From Octopus vulgaris (Eukaryota): DNA of 64,000 nucleotides. The position numbers and the translations under genes were made by a program. The DNA lies in assembly GCA_951406725.2 (NCBI GenBank), contig OX597816.1, positions 31,248,001-31,312,000 on the forward strand. Reading direction: 5' to 3'. The notes beneath the pieces were generated by a model. It saw only the letters and a list, made by a program, of their open reading frames with translations, ran no database searches and was not told where the DNA came from. Below are positions 1 through 12,435 of the stretch, in pieces (positions within the stretch are counted from its first letter, which is position 1; each line of letters opens with the position of its first letter).

Positions 1-434
1 TGATGAATGACAAGAATAAATTTTAACGTTTTACACACAAACACAGACACATAAGTATAAGAGTATACACACACATGCACGCACACAAGCACATAAACAG
101 ACAGGCACACACACACACACGTATACATTATGTGCAAAATAATATATTTTGGAGAGATAAGAAGAGCTAAAAATTAAAATATTCAATCGTTGAAATTTAA
201 GAATCAGGCATAAAAATCTAAAGATGCAGTTTTTAGTAACTTAATTGAATTCGATATCAGAAAATTTTACTGTAAGACGTTAAGCCAAGAAAGCAAATCT
301 AATATCCAGTCTAATATTTGGGCCGGTAGACGTAATATAAATAGTAAGACAGAAAGTGAAATAAATATTCGTGGAAGCTGAGTATTTAATCTGGTATTTT
401 AGGTACGTAATGTTGCAAAATAATGGTTTATAAT

Positions 435-635
435 TTAGGCACAACGCCTGCAATTTAAGGGGAGCAATTTAGTAAATTATATCGACCGCAAAACTAAATT
501 AGTACTGTATTTATAAATGAGTTGCGGAGTTGTTCTCGGCGGTATCTAAATGAAAACATCTGGAAGAATGTAAACAATCACAAGAATTAACCCATATAAT
601 TTTTCCGATGCTGTAACGATTCTATCAGCTTCCAC
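435..635 (-). mobile_element. Degenerate tRNA-derived SINE (family B)
   Basis: ggcacaacgcc...tatatcgacc...gtact...ctcggcgg...aacgattctatcagct aligns loosely with the copies at 13048-13273 and 25440-25655. Confidence 0.5.
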
Positions 636-1164
636 AAATTTGCTCTACCGAAATAATACAACGAGTTGTGTCATAAGGAGTAATGTATATAAACCATACT
701 CATACTGAAAAAAAAACCCCAGATGAATTGTCCTCTATACAGAAGCCTTCAAATTAATCGATGTGTTCTTTGAAATTCATAGTTTTCCAGATATATTTCT
801 TACGAAAACAAAACTACCTACATTCTGTTAAGTTATATGCAGTAATATCTATCATAAGTTCAGTTTAAAGTGAACATTTTATTCACGAATGTGACTCCAT
901 GCTACAGGGTAACGGGGAGAGGAATGTCTTCATAGATAGTGGAGAATGGTTTTAGTCTCTGATAACTTTACGAAACACCAAAGCAAGGATATTTTGTAGG
1001 AAAGCATTAATACGTAAAATATAAAAGTGTTTACTGAACCTGTGTATGTCCCGGTATAGCAGAATCGTTAACACGCCGGACAAAATTTCGTCTGCCTTTA
1101 CCTTCGGATTTACCTATGTCACTCAAAGTCCGAATATTACACATACATATGGATACACAGATCA

Positions 1165-1385
1165 CTCTCTCTCTCTCTCTCACTCTCTTTATATATATAT
1201 GTATATATATATATATACATACATACAAACATGCATACATACATACATACATACATACATACATACATACATACGTACGTACGTACGTACATACATACAT
1301 ACATACATACATACATACATACATACATACATAAATACATACATACATACATACATACATACATACATACATACATACATACATA
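1165..1385. repeat. Compound microsatellite (CT)n/(TA)n/(ATAC)n with an internal (ACGT)n block
   Basis: Seen directly. Confidence 0.97.
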
Positions 1386-1489
1386 GAGACATATAAGAGT
1401 TGTATGTGTAAATATTGAGATATATATAAATATATGTATAAATATATATATACACGTCTGAAAAATACATGTGTATATATCTTCACATA

Positions 1490-2380
1490 TATGTTTTCCT
1501 TATATTACTAAGCACTGAACTGCTAAACCATATAAATTCTTTAATTCTTCATACTACTAACCCCCTCTCGCTGCCCCTACACTTAGACTCTACCACTACA
1601 CATTTGTCACTCCTTTACCTTTTACCATCCTCATACTTTCTATCTTTTTACACTATAATACCTTTCTCTCTCTTTTACCCTCCGTCTCCCCACTCCTACT
1701 TTTAAATCATTTCCACTGACCACTAACTTATCTACATCTTCATTTTCTTTTTCCTTCTTTCTTTTTCCCTTTATTTCTCTATTCAGGGTTTTTATTCTTT
1801 ATAATTTTAATTTTTTATTACTCTATTACTTTTCTTCTTACATTCTTCTTCTTCTTTTCTCTCTTTCCTCTTCTCTTTTTTTTCTTTCTTTATTCCTCTC
1901 TTCCTGTTTTCGGTTTGACCCTACTTATACACTCCCTATTTTTAGGTCACTTTGAAGCTACAACACTGTGTATAAATTCTGTACTTGGAATGACCGTGTT
2001 TAAATATCTGAGGGATTTCCCTAATAAGGTATTGGAATCATACATTGTGTATAAACTCTATATTTGGAATCACCAATCTTAAATTCTGTTGGATTTTACT
2101 CATAAGGTATTGGAATCTTACATACATACCATTCTGTCTAAAAAATGTATCTACAATTTCAATATCGCAACATATCTCACATCTATTTTCTTTCCTCCAC
2201 CTCACTCTCTATTTTGTATCCTATCTAAATTAACTATTATTTGACCATCCTCTCACACCGTCTCCGATGAAGGGATATAATTAATAAATATCCTGGAAAC
2301 AGCTGTAAGACCTTCTATCTATAAATGTTCTAATATCTACACAGCTTTGGCTTTCTTATCTCATTAAGCAAACAATTCTT
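1490..2380 (+). mobile_element. Non-coding Penelope-like element end (pLTR) carrying a hammerhead-like motif
   Basis: Pyrimidine-rich body, 79-bp tandem duplication (1964-2122), HHR-like fold at 2260-2311, ends in (TA)n. Confidence 0.5.
2260..2311 (+). ncRNA. Minimal type-I hammerhead ribozyme-like motif (variant core CCGAUGA)
   Basis: Stem I GTCT/AGAC; CCGATGA; stem II GGATAT/ATATCC; GAAAC-AGCT-GTA with a palindromic stem III. Confidence 0.55.
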
Positions 2381-3427
2381 ATATATATATATATATATAC
2401 ATTTACACATAACATGAGCAGAAATAATGGGTTATGCAAACATTTATATATTTTAAAAATATTTACTTATCTGAAGCTTACAACTGTTTCGGATATAAAT
2501 TTGAGTGTGTTCATCGATCAATTTCATGAATCGATACATTGATAGACTAAAATATATGTAACGGTCCTGAACGTACTCGAATGCATATCTGGAACAGTTT
2601 AAAACCTATAATAAATAAATGAAAATATTTATATAACACATTATTTGAATCTCTTTTATGAATGATTCTCTAAAATCGTATCATCTTAAATGGATAATGC
2701 AACCATAGAATTGCACGTGTGACTGTCCATCTACATCAACTTCAGATTTCGGCATGTTTATTTGGAGTACAATAACGATCACAAACCATTTTTGTTTACC
2801 TGGTGTATTAAGTAAAGGAGAATTTGTGTGTATATATCGCTGTTACTTATGTATATCGCGTGTACGGATACGTAGGCAGTATGCTGATTTATATGCGATT
2901 AGATAATGACCTATTCATATTGGTTATGCATAAATCTATAAGTGCGCGTGCGGCCTGATAATGTATATGTGGGCGTGATTACACTGTAGACATTCTTCTA
3001 ATTGTCCCTGTGTTGTAACTGCTTAGCGTCGCCAAAAGATGTCATGAAAATGGTTTTATATCTTTGAATGGCGAACGCTTTGATGTATACGATTATTTCC
3101 GACGAACTTAATTTTAACTTTATTTTGATTTACATTTATATCTTTTACTATGATTAATTGATTTAAATCTTACTTGATGTAACTTATATAGGCTTTATGT
3201 ATACCGATTATTTGCATGTTGTCGAAACGGCCATTCATGTGACATTAATATGCATCGCCGGGATATTTAAGAGTTTGATCGTGTCTACACAAAATGATGT
3301 CTGAGGAGGTGAACGAGCTATAATAATATTAGTACATATTCCTGTATATTAAATGTATTATATAACATTGTATGAGATATGAAATCAAAAATAATATTTT
3401 ATTCGCCGAAATATTATTATTAAAATA

Positions 3428-3605
<178 letters not shown>

Positions 3606-4025
3606 GAGTGGGAGTACAGCGCATGACATAGGGGTAGAAATATACACAACGCACATACATCACAACCATACGTGCGTGACTGGTAATCTCATATTAAAAT
3701 AATCAGCGCATGATGTTGCAGGTGGGTCACAGTTACAATTTCCTTCTGGACCTCTATCCTTCCCGCTCAAAAGTCCCTGAATAAGGTTTGTTTAAGGATG
3801 ATGAAGAAGACACCCATGTCTCTAGAGCTTTACTTTTAAATCACCAAGCAACTCCTCTCAATACACGACTAAGATGCTCCTCCACTCTTCCTAATTGCGA
3901 TCAGAGATGCAAAAATCTTCATTCACAAAGGAACATCTTCAACTAGTCGTGGTCGACCAACTGATAATCAAATATTGGGTATTGAGCAGAATATTTGCTG
4001 TTTCCCAGCCTCTATACCAAGGAAA
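3606..4025 (-). mobile_element. Non-coding interspersed repeat (family E) abutting (TAA)n
   Basis: Shares sequence with 8120-8294 (cagttacaatttccttc...gtccctgaataagg...cacccatgt); strand assignment is a guess. Confidence 0.55.
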
Positions 4026-4121
4026 GCCATATACATGATTGCATTTTCGAACGGTTAAGATCAGAAGCTATGTATGCTATCGTCTGATACTGCATCACAG
4101 TATTTATTATTATCAATATCA

Positions 4122-4319
<198 letters not shown>

Positions 4320-4329
4320 GAAATTAATT

Positions 4330-5770
4330 GAGGTTCGGTCTTATTCCTGACAGGATTTATGTGTGTAACGGTTTACTTACTCTAAACTTAGGTGTACACA
4401 TATTTTCAGCCGTGTTTCCTGACAATCCTTGCTGTTTCTGAAAGACAAACTTTCTGTAGGCGAACTACAGGCCATTCTATTCCAATCTCCTCCAGTCATT
4501 TGTCTATAATTGTTTACTGTACCCAATGTACCAATTAATATAGGCACGACCTTTTCAGTTCTCATACTCCAAATTCTTCCTATTGCAAATGTTATGGGAT
4601 TGTATTTTATTTTGTTTTTCGTATTTATTCTTTACGATTCTGAAATCAAACGGGAATGGTGTGTCGATTACTAAGCAACTTCGCTATTCCTTAACTATGA
4701 TTATTATATCCGGTCTCTTCTTTTTTAACTTCTTGTCCTTTTGAATAGGAAAGTCCCACAAAATCTTACATTTCTGCGACTCCAGTACTCTTTCGACTCC
4801 AAGATCATACTATATGTCTCCAGCTTCAAATCCTCATTTCTTGCAGTTTCAACTGTAAAATTTTTACCTCCTGGTCATGCCACCATTTCTTATATTTCTT
4901 CTAATGCCAACTTCGAACATTCTTCCACAATATGTGCCACTGTTAGGTTCCAAGTTTCACAGACTCTGCATTTTTCTAACACATTGTCTCCATATATATT
5001 TTTTCTAAATTTGTTTGTTTTTGTTGCTTGATCTTTCGCTGCTACAATCAGGATGTTTCTTTTTTTTTTAATTACTCCCACCCCTTTTAGCTAAACCCCG
5101 GATTTTTGTTCCCCGTACGCCTTCAATGGCTCTCCAAAATTGACCATGGACAGGTCTCTCTTCAATCTGTTAGAAGTACTCTCTTTGTATTTCATTCTTG
5201 TCCTTTTCTCCTATTACCCGTTTCAAAACCTTTGATTCATTCATTGACCTCAGTAGTTTTTCTGTACCGTTCTATAAATATCCTACTAGGTAATTTCTTT
5301 TTTACCACTGTACACATTCTTCTTCCGCTATTAAGTGACTTCCACCCTGGTCTCTAATCAAATACAGCCGGATGATATCAACTATCGGAAGGTGGGCGCC
5401 ATACATAGTCAACAACTTCTAGTTTTTCTGTCAACTCTCTTTTATCGTGCTTGGTCCAGTCTCTAATTATGACTCCATATCAGATTAAGGGTATTGATCC
5501 TGAATTTATTGTTTCAATGGGATTTTTTGAAATGAGTTTTGACAAACAATATTTTTTTGCTCTCCTTCTGTAATCCCTACTGGCAATTTGCTTCATTTCT
5601 TCATTTTCATTTCACCTGCTTCCAGTATTGCCAAATACACATGTTACAGTCTTTTCTCAACCGCTCTCATGGTAGCCCTTTTAGCATTTCAATTCCCTGG
5701 CTTCTTTCAGATGTTCCTCCTTTCGTTTCCAAAATAGTGCGCATTTCTATCTTGAATTCCATAGCTACAC
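4330..5770 (-). mobile_element. Decayed R4/Dong-clade non-LTR retrotransposon (RT C-terminus, CCHC finger, RLE)
   Basis: Fragments AAKDQATKTN...KCRVCETWNLTVAHIVEECSKLA (CCHC), KRPDIII and EKVVPILIGTLG are homologous to 62883-63987; the 3' end runs into (TAA)n. Confidence 0.85.
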
Positions 5771-5794
5771 CATTTGAGAAAATGCGTATAATAT

Positions 5795-6020
5795 TCTTTT
5801 ACTCGTTTCCGTCATTTAACGATAGCCATGCTGGAGCAACACGTTTAGTCGAGAAAATCGTTCCCAGGACGTATACTGTGTAAGCCTAGTACTTATTGTA
5901 ATGGTCTCTTTTGCCGAACCGCTAAGGTACGGGAACGTTAACACATGAGCATCTGTTGTCAAGCGATGTTGTGTGGACAAACACAGACACATACACACAA
6001 ACACACACACTCACACACAT
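5795..6020 (-). mobile_element. SINE family A, 3' half
   Basis: Reverse complement matches 7240-7460 (ccttagcggttcggcaaaagagacc...gcatggc...gtaaaaga). Confidence 0.85.
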
Positions 6021-6139
6021 ATTATTTGCTTCGTATTGAAATCATTTTCAGACTGGTGGTTGTCATATTTCGGCGCAAAAACGAATCAGTTGCAGCGTAG
6101 ACTGCAACATGACAGGTCGTAGGTTTCCATCATGGTAAC

Positions 6140-6190
6140 ACATGCTGAAGAAGGTGAAGCTAGAATGCCAGTCCAGAAACCAGTCCACGT
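6140..6190 (+). ncRNA. Degenerate minimal hammerhead-like motif
   Basis: acatg-CTGAAGA-agg...cca-GAAAC-ca-GTC-cacgt; stem I has 4 of 5 pairs; stem II is weak. Confidence 0.35.
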
Positions 6191-6475
6191 AAGTCCAAAT
6201 GTAGATTGAGAGATTGTACCTGCCCGTTCGCCCGCAGACGGTTGATTTCTGTAGTTTTCATAATTTTTTTAAAATTTTATTTTGGCAATTTAAATAGGAG
6301 TTTTGACTGTTTTTCTTTTCCAGCAGGTGGACATATAAAATGTCCTTTGATTTTAATACTTCAGCTACTCAGTGTTTTGGGGGCCTGCAATCGCCTATAT
6401 TATTGATTCTGTTATCATTTCTAATTGTTACTGTAGTAATAATAGAGTCAATATCTTCGCAAATTAATTGCCTTG

Positions 6476-6659
6476 TGTGTGTGTGTGTATATGTACGACG
6501 GGCTACTTTCTGTTTCCGTCTACTAAATCCACTCTCAAGGCTTTGGTCAGCCTGAGGTTATAGTGGAAGGCACTTGCCCAAGGTGCCACGCAGGGGGACT
6601 GAATCTGGCACCATGTGGTTGGTAAGCAAGCTACTTAACACACAGCCACTTCTGCTCCT
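6476..6659 (-). mobile_element. SINE family A, 5' half (tRNA head plus CORE-like ccttgggcaagt)
   Basis: Reverse complement of 7052-7240. Confidence 0.9.
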
Positions 6660-6800
6660 GGAATTTAAGACAGTAAGGCGCGCTATTTTGAAAATGAAAC
6701 GTGGAAAATTTGAAAGAAGCCAGGGAATTAAAATACAAAAGGAGCAAACAATGAGAGCGGTTGAGAAAATACTGTGGTATAAGTACTCAGGAATACTGCT
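6660..6800 (+). mobile_element. Inverted fragment of R4/Dong RT
   Basis: EFKTVRRAILKMKRGKFERSQGIKIQKEQTMRAVEKILWYKYSGIL; diverged reverse complement of about 5620-5761. Confidence 0.75.
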
Positions 6801-6859
6801 TTTTCTCATTTTTCGCATAGAACATGGTGTTGTTGTTGCTGCAGCTGTTTTTGTTGTTA

Positions 6860-8080
6860 TGTTTATTTTATACACGCACAAGAAATTAGAGTGTTGTAAA
6901 AGAAAGATCCCTAGCATTGGACTACAACCACTGAATCTAAATGCCAAGGACCCTCCTAAGTATCCTAGCTGTCCCTCATAACGCTGTTTACTGGAGCTGT
7001 ACTAAACGAGGCTTTATGTTTATTTCCTCTATCCATTTGTTGAAATATTTAGGAGGCGCACGAGTGGCTGTGGTAAGTAGCTTGTTTACCAACCACATGG
7101 TTTCGGGTTCAGTCCCACTGCGTGGCACCTTGGGCAAGTGTCTTCTACTATAGCCTCGGACCGACCAAAGCCTTGTGAGTGGATCTGGTAGACGGAAACT
7201 GAAAGAAACCCGTCGTATATATGTATATATATATGTGTGCGTGTGTGTTTGTGTGTCTGTGTTTGTCCCATCCAACATCACTTGAGAACCGATGCTGGTG
7301 TGTTTATGTCCCCGTCACTTAGCGGTTCGGCAAAAGAGACCGATTGAATAAGTAATGGGCTTACAAAGAATAAGTCCCGGGGTCGAGTCGCTCGATTAAA
7401 GGCCGTGCTTCAGCATGGCCGCAGTCAAATGACTGAAACAAGTAAAAGAGTAAAAGAGTAATAGTAAATGGAGGGATACATTTTACTCGCCCTTCCCGTA
7501 GTCTCTGTAACTCAATGTCTATGTTCTGATACTTTGCAATTTTCTCTAAATTTTTCGTATTGACTCTCACATCAATTCGGACAATACAGTCAATTATCTG
7601 GCACATATTATTCGCATTATCTACTACTAGAAAACCAGCAATCTACCTTGTATTACTGTGTCACAGTGTTAATGTTCCACAACATATATTTCTCAGTTTC
7701 TAGTTATTTACTAGTTTTATGCTTATAACAGTTATAAGTATGGTCAAATCCTAGCTTTCTACGTAACCCCAAGTAGATTACTCTCCCAGAGTCGTTATGT
7801 CGTTTCTTGTATTCTTTCTCTGCCATCATGTCTTCCTTAATACTAAACTGTGTGGGATCAAACATAAGACAAATAATAAAGGGAATAACGAGTTTTCTTG
7901 GAAATTTCTTGTCTTGATAATAACTCTCCTTAAGGCTGTGTCACCTGAGTAGATACCTATTCTCAATTTCTTCATGCTAAAGTTAATTAACATTTTTTTA
8001 TGAAGTCTGTAATACTGAAAATGCTCAAACTTACATTTGTCCATGAGTGTGGAAATATGCCATAGGCTTTCTTATACTCA
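6860..8080 (-). mobile_element. Second decayed R4/Dong element with internal deletions, interrupted by a SINE
   Basis: Fragments NFQENSLFPLLFVLCLIP (RT QGDSLSP motif relic), CQIIDC...EKIAKYQNIDIELQRL (RLE), KYFNKWIEEINIK...GTARILRRVL. Confidence 0.75.
7052..7461 (+). mobile_element. Full-length tRNA-derived SINE family A (CORE-like domain, internal microsatellite, (GTAAAAGA)n tail)
   Basis: Box A tggctgtggt, box B ggttcagtccc, CORE-like ccttgggcaagt; about 9 further copies or fragments in the window. Confidence 0.92.
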
Positions 8081-8119
8081 CTTACTAGTGTAAAATGTTT
8101 CTTTCTTGTGCGAGATATA

Positions 8120-8294
8120 CAGATCTGATATCAAGATGAGTAGAGCATGAACTTGTAGTTGGAGCCCAGTTAGAATTTTCTTCAGGTTGAGTAGCCCATC
8201 TCCATTAACAGGTCCCCGAATAAGGGTTAGGAATGTTGAACGGAACACCCATGTTGATCGAGGTGAATTATCCAAACTCCAAAGAATCAGGGCA
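8120..8294 (-). mobile_element. Family E repeat fragment
   Basis: Homologous to about 3680-3860; abuts (ATT)n. Confidence 0.55.
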
Positions 8295-8335
<41 letters not shown>

Positions 8336-8340
8336 TATTA

Positions 8341-8419
<79 letters not shown>

Positions 8420-8465
8420 TATTATTATTATTATTATTATTATTATCATCATCATCATTATTATT

Positions 8466-8509
<44 letters not shown>

Positions 8510-8715
8510 CATCATCATTATTATTAGTATTATCATTATTATTATTATTATCATTATCAATATTATTATTATTATTATTATTATTATCATTATAATAATA
8601 ATAATAATAATAATTATTATTATTATTATCATTATAATAATAATAATAATAATAATTATTATTATTATTATTATCATTATCATTAACATTATTATCATTA
8701 TCATTATTATCATTA
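8295..8715. repeat. (ATT/ATC)n microsatellite with two internal (AAT)n strand-switched blocks
   Basis: Seen directly. Confidence 0.97.
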
Positions 8716-8810
8716 TATACATTTTGTGCCGACGAAATCAACATGCTTTTAATTATCCACTTAATCAATCATTCAGTCAATCACTTAATGAATCATTCAA
8801 TGTGTGCGTG

Positions 8811-9394
8811 TATGATATAAGAGTGTATAATAATAATCTATACCCGTAGAGAAGACCATCGTGTGGACTTCTAACATGCTACAAACGGCAGTCAAATCCC
8901 AAACCATGGGAAAATCATTCTTAGTCATGGCACATTGATTGTATGCCAGCAAGACACTTGAATGAATAAAAATCTCAGTTGACTCAATTCTCATGAGTTT
9001 CACCATTAATGATTAGATATACCAATTTATTAGTTAATTAATTGAGCACATAACCACTTTTTGCTCGTCAGTAGAGTCGCTGGAAGATGTATAATTACGT
9101 GTTTTCGGTATGTATTATAGATTAATAATTGTACATTTTCCAGTGACTCTACTGACGAGCCACAGATGGTTAATTAATAAGTTTATTGACTTATTATTTG
9201 ATTAATATAATCAGTTATAGTAAAACTTACGGTTACAGAGTTAACTGAGATATTTACTCTTTCAAGTGTCCTGCTCACATACGATCAATGTTTGTTTTTC
9301 ATGGTTTGAGATTCGACTGCCCTTTTTAGCATGTAACAAGTTGATATGGTACTCTTCTCTCCGCGTGTAAATTTTTATACGCTCTTATATTATA
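8811..9394. mobile_element. Diverged ~280-bp inverted duplication of a Penelope-like pLTR with HHR-like cores
   Basis: 8811-9097 is the diverged reverse complement of 9126-9394; each arm carries gactcta-CTGACGA-GC. Confidence 0.7.
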
Positions 9395-9499
9395 AAAATA
9401 TTTATGTCTTCTGACTTTTATTTCGAATGCTAACCGCTGGTATAAATTAATATTTTTAAAATGTTTTACCCTTGAATTTATATATAAATTCGAGGCCGT

Positions 9500-9978
9500 T
9501 CGGAAGCCAGCAGAAATGAGAGAAAAACTAACAAGCAAAATGGACAGACGAAGGTTGAGTTGGTTTAGCCACATAGTGATGATGCATGAGGAGCGGTTTG
9601 TAAGGAGGGTGATGAAGGCAGCCGAACCAGAGGTATACCTCGGTTTGTGTGGATGGATGAAGGAGTGAGGAAATCTTTGGTGGTTAGAGGTGTTGGAGTG
9701 AGAGGCAAGATAATTTATAAATAACAGGAAAGCTTGGAGAGTATTTGTGGACGGATGAGTGAATTTGATGTTGCTCAAAGAGGTACGGAACCAGTATGAT
9801 GTGGCCGGGATAAACCAGCATATGCTGTCGGGCAGCGCTGCTGATACTGGGGGTTGCGTTCTATGCAATGACCCGAGCATAGAACGGTGCTCATCTCTTT
9901 GAGCTAGGAAATGAATAGAATGCCTAGTGTGTATCTTGCTGTGGCTGAGCCTGTCGAAAAATGGGGTATAGTCCTGGG

Positions 9979-9980
<2 letters not shown>
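9500..9980 (+). mobile_element. RTE-clade LINE 3' fragment
   Basis: KMDRRRLSWFSHIVMMHEERFVRRVM...NRKAWRVFV resembles the RTE C-terminus (LRWFGHVxRM...R..WR); ends in (CA)n. Confidence 0.7.
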
Positions 9981-10014
<34 letters not shown>

Positions 10015-12308
10015 TATGTATATACATATATATATATAAACATATGTTTAAATCACTAGAATAAATTTTAAATCATTTGGAAGGTAGATATCCATATTGG
10101 CAAACAATATCGAACACTGAGAATTATGTTCATTCATTTAGATTTCAAAATAACACCTGTAGTACTGTTTAATTAGTAAAAGTAAATTTTATTTCTGAGT
10201 GTTTTTTTTATAAATACGCATTTAAAAAAATACTAACTACAAAGAAAAAGGGAGATTTATATATTGTGAATTAAGAATTTGCAATTTATAAGTCGTATAT
10301 GCGCGTTACAGGAAAGCTAGTGTTACATAATATGTTAGTTTTACAATCTAATCAATCTATATTTAATCAAGTATTGCATTAAATATATCTAGAGACCACA
10401 ATTATAACCCTCTCAAGACAGTTATTTATCCAGGAATAGAAACAATGTAACTTTTATGATAGAATTGTCAGATAATCAAAACTTGTCCAACAGCAGCAAC
10501 CAAGTGGTTTAGAAGAAGAATTGTACATAAGAAAAATGTATATCAGTTCAAATCTGTTCTGTTCATATAGCAGGAATACTTATTGTTGTTAAACTTTTGT
10601 TGACCTCGATAGAAACTAACTGTATCAAAAGTATATTAATATTTAGGTCACTCACGTTGATCAAGCTAAAGTCGATAAACAAAGGACTGATTAATGTGCA
10701 GAAATAACACATCTTTTTATTATTTAACACTGGCCTATCTGAAACGCACGTAAGCAGACTACAAATTGCAATCTATGATTGAATGTTTTATAAGAGATAT
10801 AGATCAATAGATAGATATATGCATATGTATACTGACATGTAAATCATTAATACACTTGAATGCTTACATCTAACCACTTACAATTGTATGAGTTTTGTTC
10901 CGATATATATTTTATGAAGCTGCACACAATTTAGTAAATGTGAACAATTATTAGTAGTTAATCGAAACCCGATTGATGCTTTAACAATGCAATAATCGCC
11001 ATGAATAAAATATACAATAAAGTCAGATTATATTATTTGTAATCTTCAAAACGCATATAAAAGATAGGATATTTTATTTTGTATAAAGTTATTAGTAGCA
11101 TGTAGTAGTATTATTTAAATACGGTTGAAATCAATATATTTATCGGAGCTGATTGGCAATAAGTCTGATTAAAACTCATCGACTTTGAATATATATTACA
11201 CTATAGATTTCATTGGTAAAATCCGAATACATACGAAAATCAAATGTAGTTGCAGACAATTTCAATATGAATTAGAGTTTATATTCTTGCCATCAAGGAA
11301 TCAGACAACATTTATATTATATTATAGCTCGTCTCTTTCATAAATGGTGATAATGAGTATCAAATATATCAATAGACTGTGTTATATACATTATTGATAT
11401 CAGCTGCAGATGTTTTGATGTGCAAATTTGATTTTTGATTCTGAAATATCTCATGTTAAATAGGATATGAAATAAGTCATATATGATATTTTTGGTGCGT
11501 GTGGTGCTGCTGCAGCTACTGTTGTTTTTGTTTCACTCAGTTAAGTCATGTTCAAGGCAAATTCTCTCGATATCACTCCAGTGATGCCCGACTTTTACAT
11601 TTTCAGAAATAAGAGCAGACTCTTAATAAGTATATGTTAGTTTTAAATATATATATATAAAAGGTAGCGAACTATTCAGTGTCAATTCTTACTGCCAATC
11701 TCGTTCGGGTTATTTGATGTTATGAATTTTAGCTCGTCTGTTGAACATGTAAAAATTCTCACTTTGGCATATGACCTTTCCCTAATAGTAATCTCTGAAG
11801 AAGATATAATTCTATCACGAGTAAACATTATCTCCCACGCATTTAGCATGATGTAATTTTTACCGAAAAAATTTCTTTCAAAATCCCGCTACTTGAAATG
11901 ACTATATTGACCCTTCAGGTGGTAGCAAAGTTGAGTAGTATGTTAAAAAAATTACGTGGTAAGTTTGCAAGTCACGATTATTTCAAATAGTAAAATATTC
12001 AATAGTATATTTCTAAACTACTAGAAAATAAAATTTTGCATCATACAGAACATATAGATGAATATTAATATATGATGTCAAAGGAATTCATTTGCATACA
12101 TTAGAGAGTATTGCATCGACGCAAAATGCGAATAGAACGTAAAACTCTTCGACTTGGAGAGAGTGACGGTTTATTATCTCGACGTCATGCTTATCAAAAA
12201 GAACATGAAAGAGTAAACGATTTCAATATCTATCATTTTTATAACGACTGAAATGTAAAGTTTTAAATTGAATGTGTTTGTCACCTGCATAGCTATGTTG
12301 AAACCGAT

Positions 12309-12321
12309 GTGTGTGTGCGTG

Positions 12322-12380
<59 letters not shown>

Positions 12381-12435
12381 ACGTGTGTGTGTGTGTGCGT
12401 GTGTGTGTGTCTGTGTGTGTATGTGTGCGTGTGTA
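12309..12435. repeat. (TA)n/(TG)n microsatellite
   Basis: Seen directly. Confidence 0.97.

Noticed and set aside
7052-7125. tRNA-like A/B boxes here and at 13273, 32679 and 45278
   Set aside because: These are SINE heads followed by repeat bodies; no complete cloverleaf was seen
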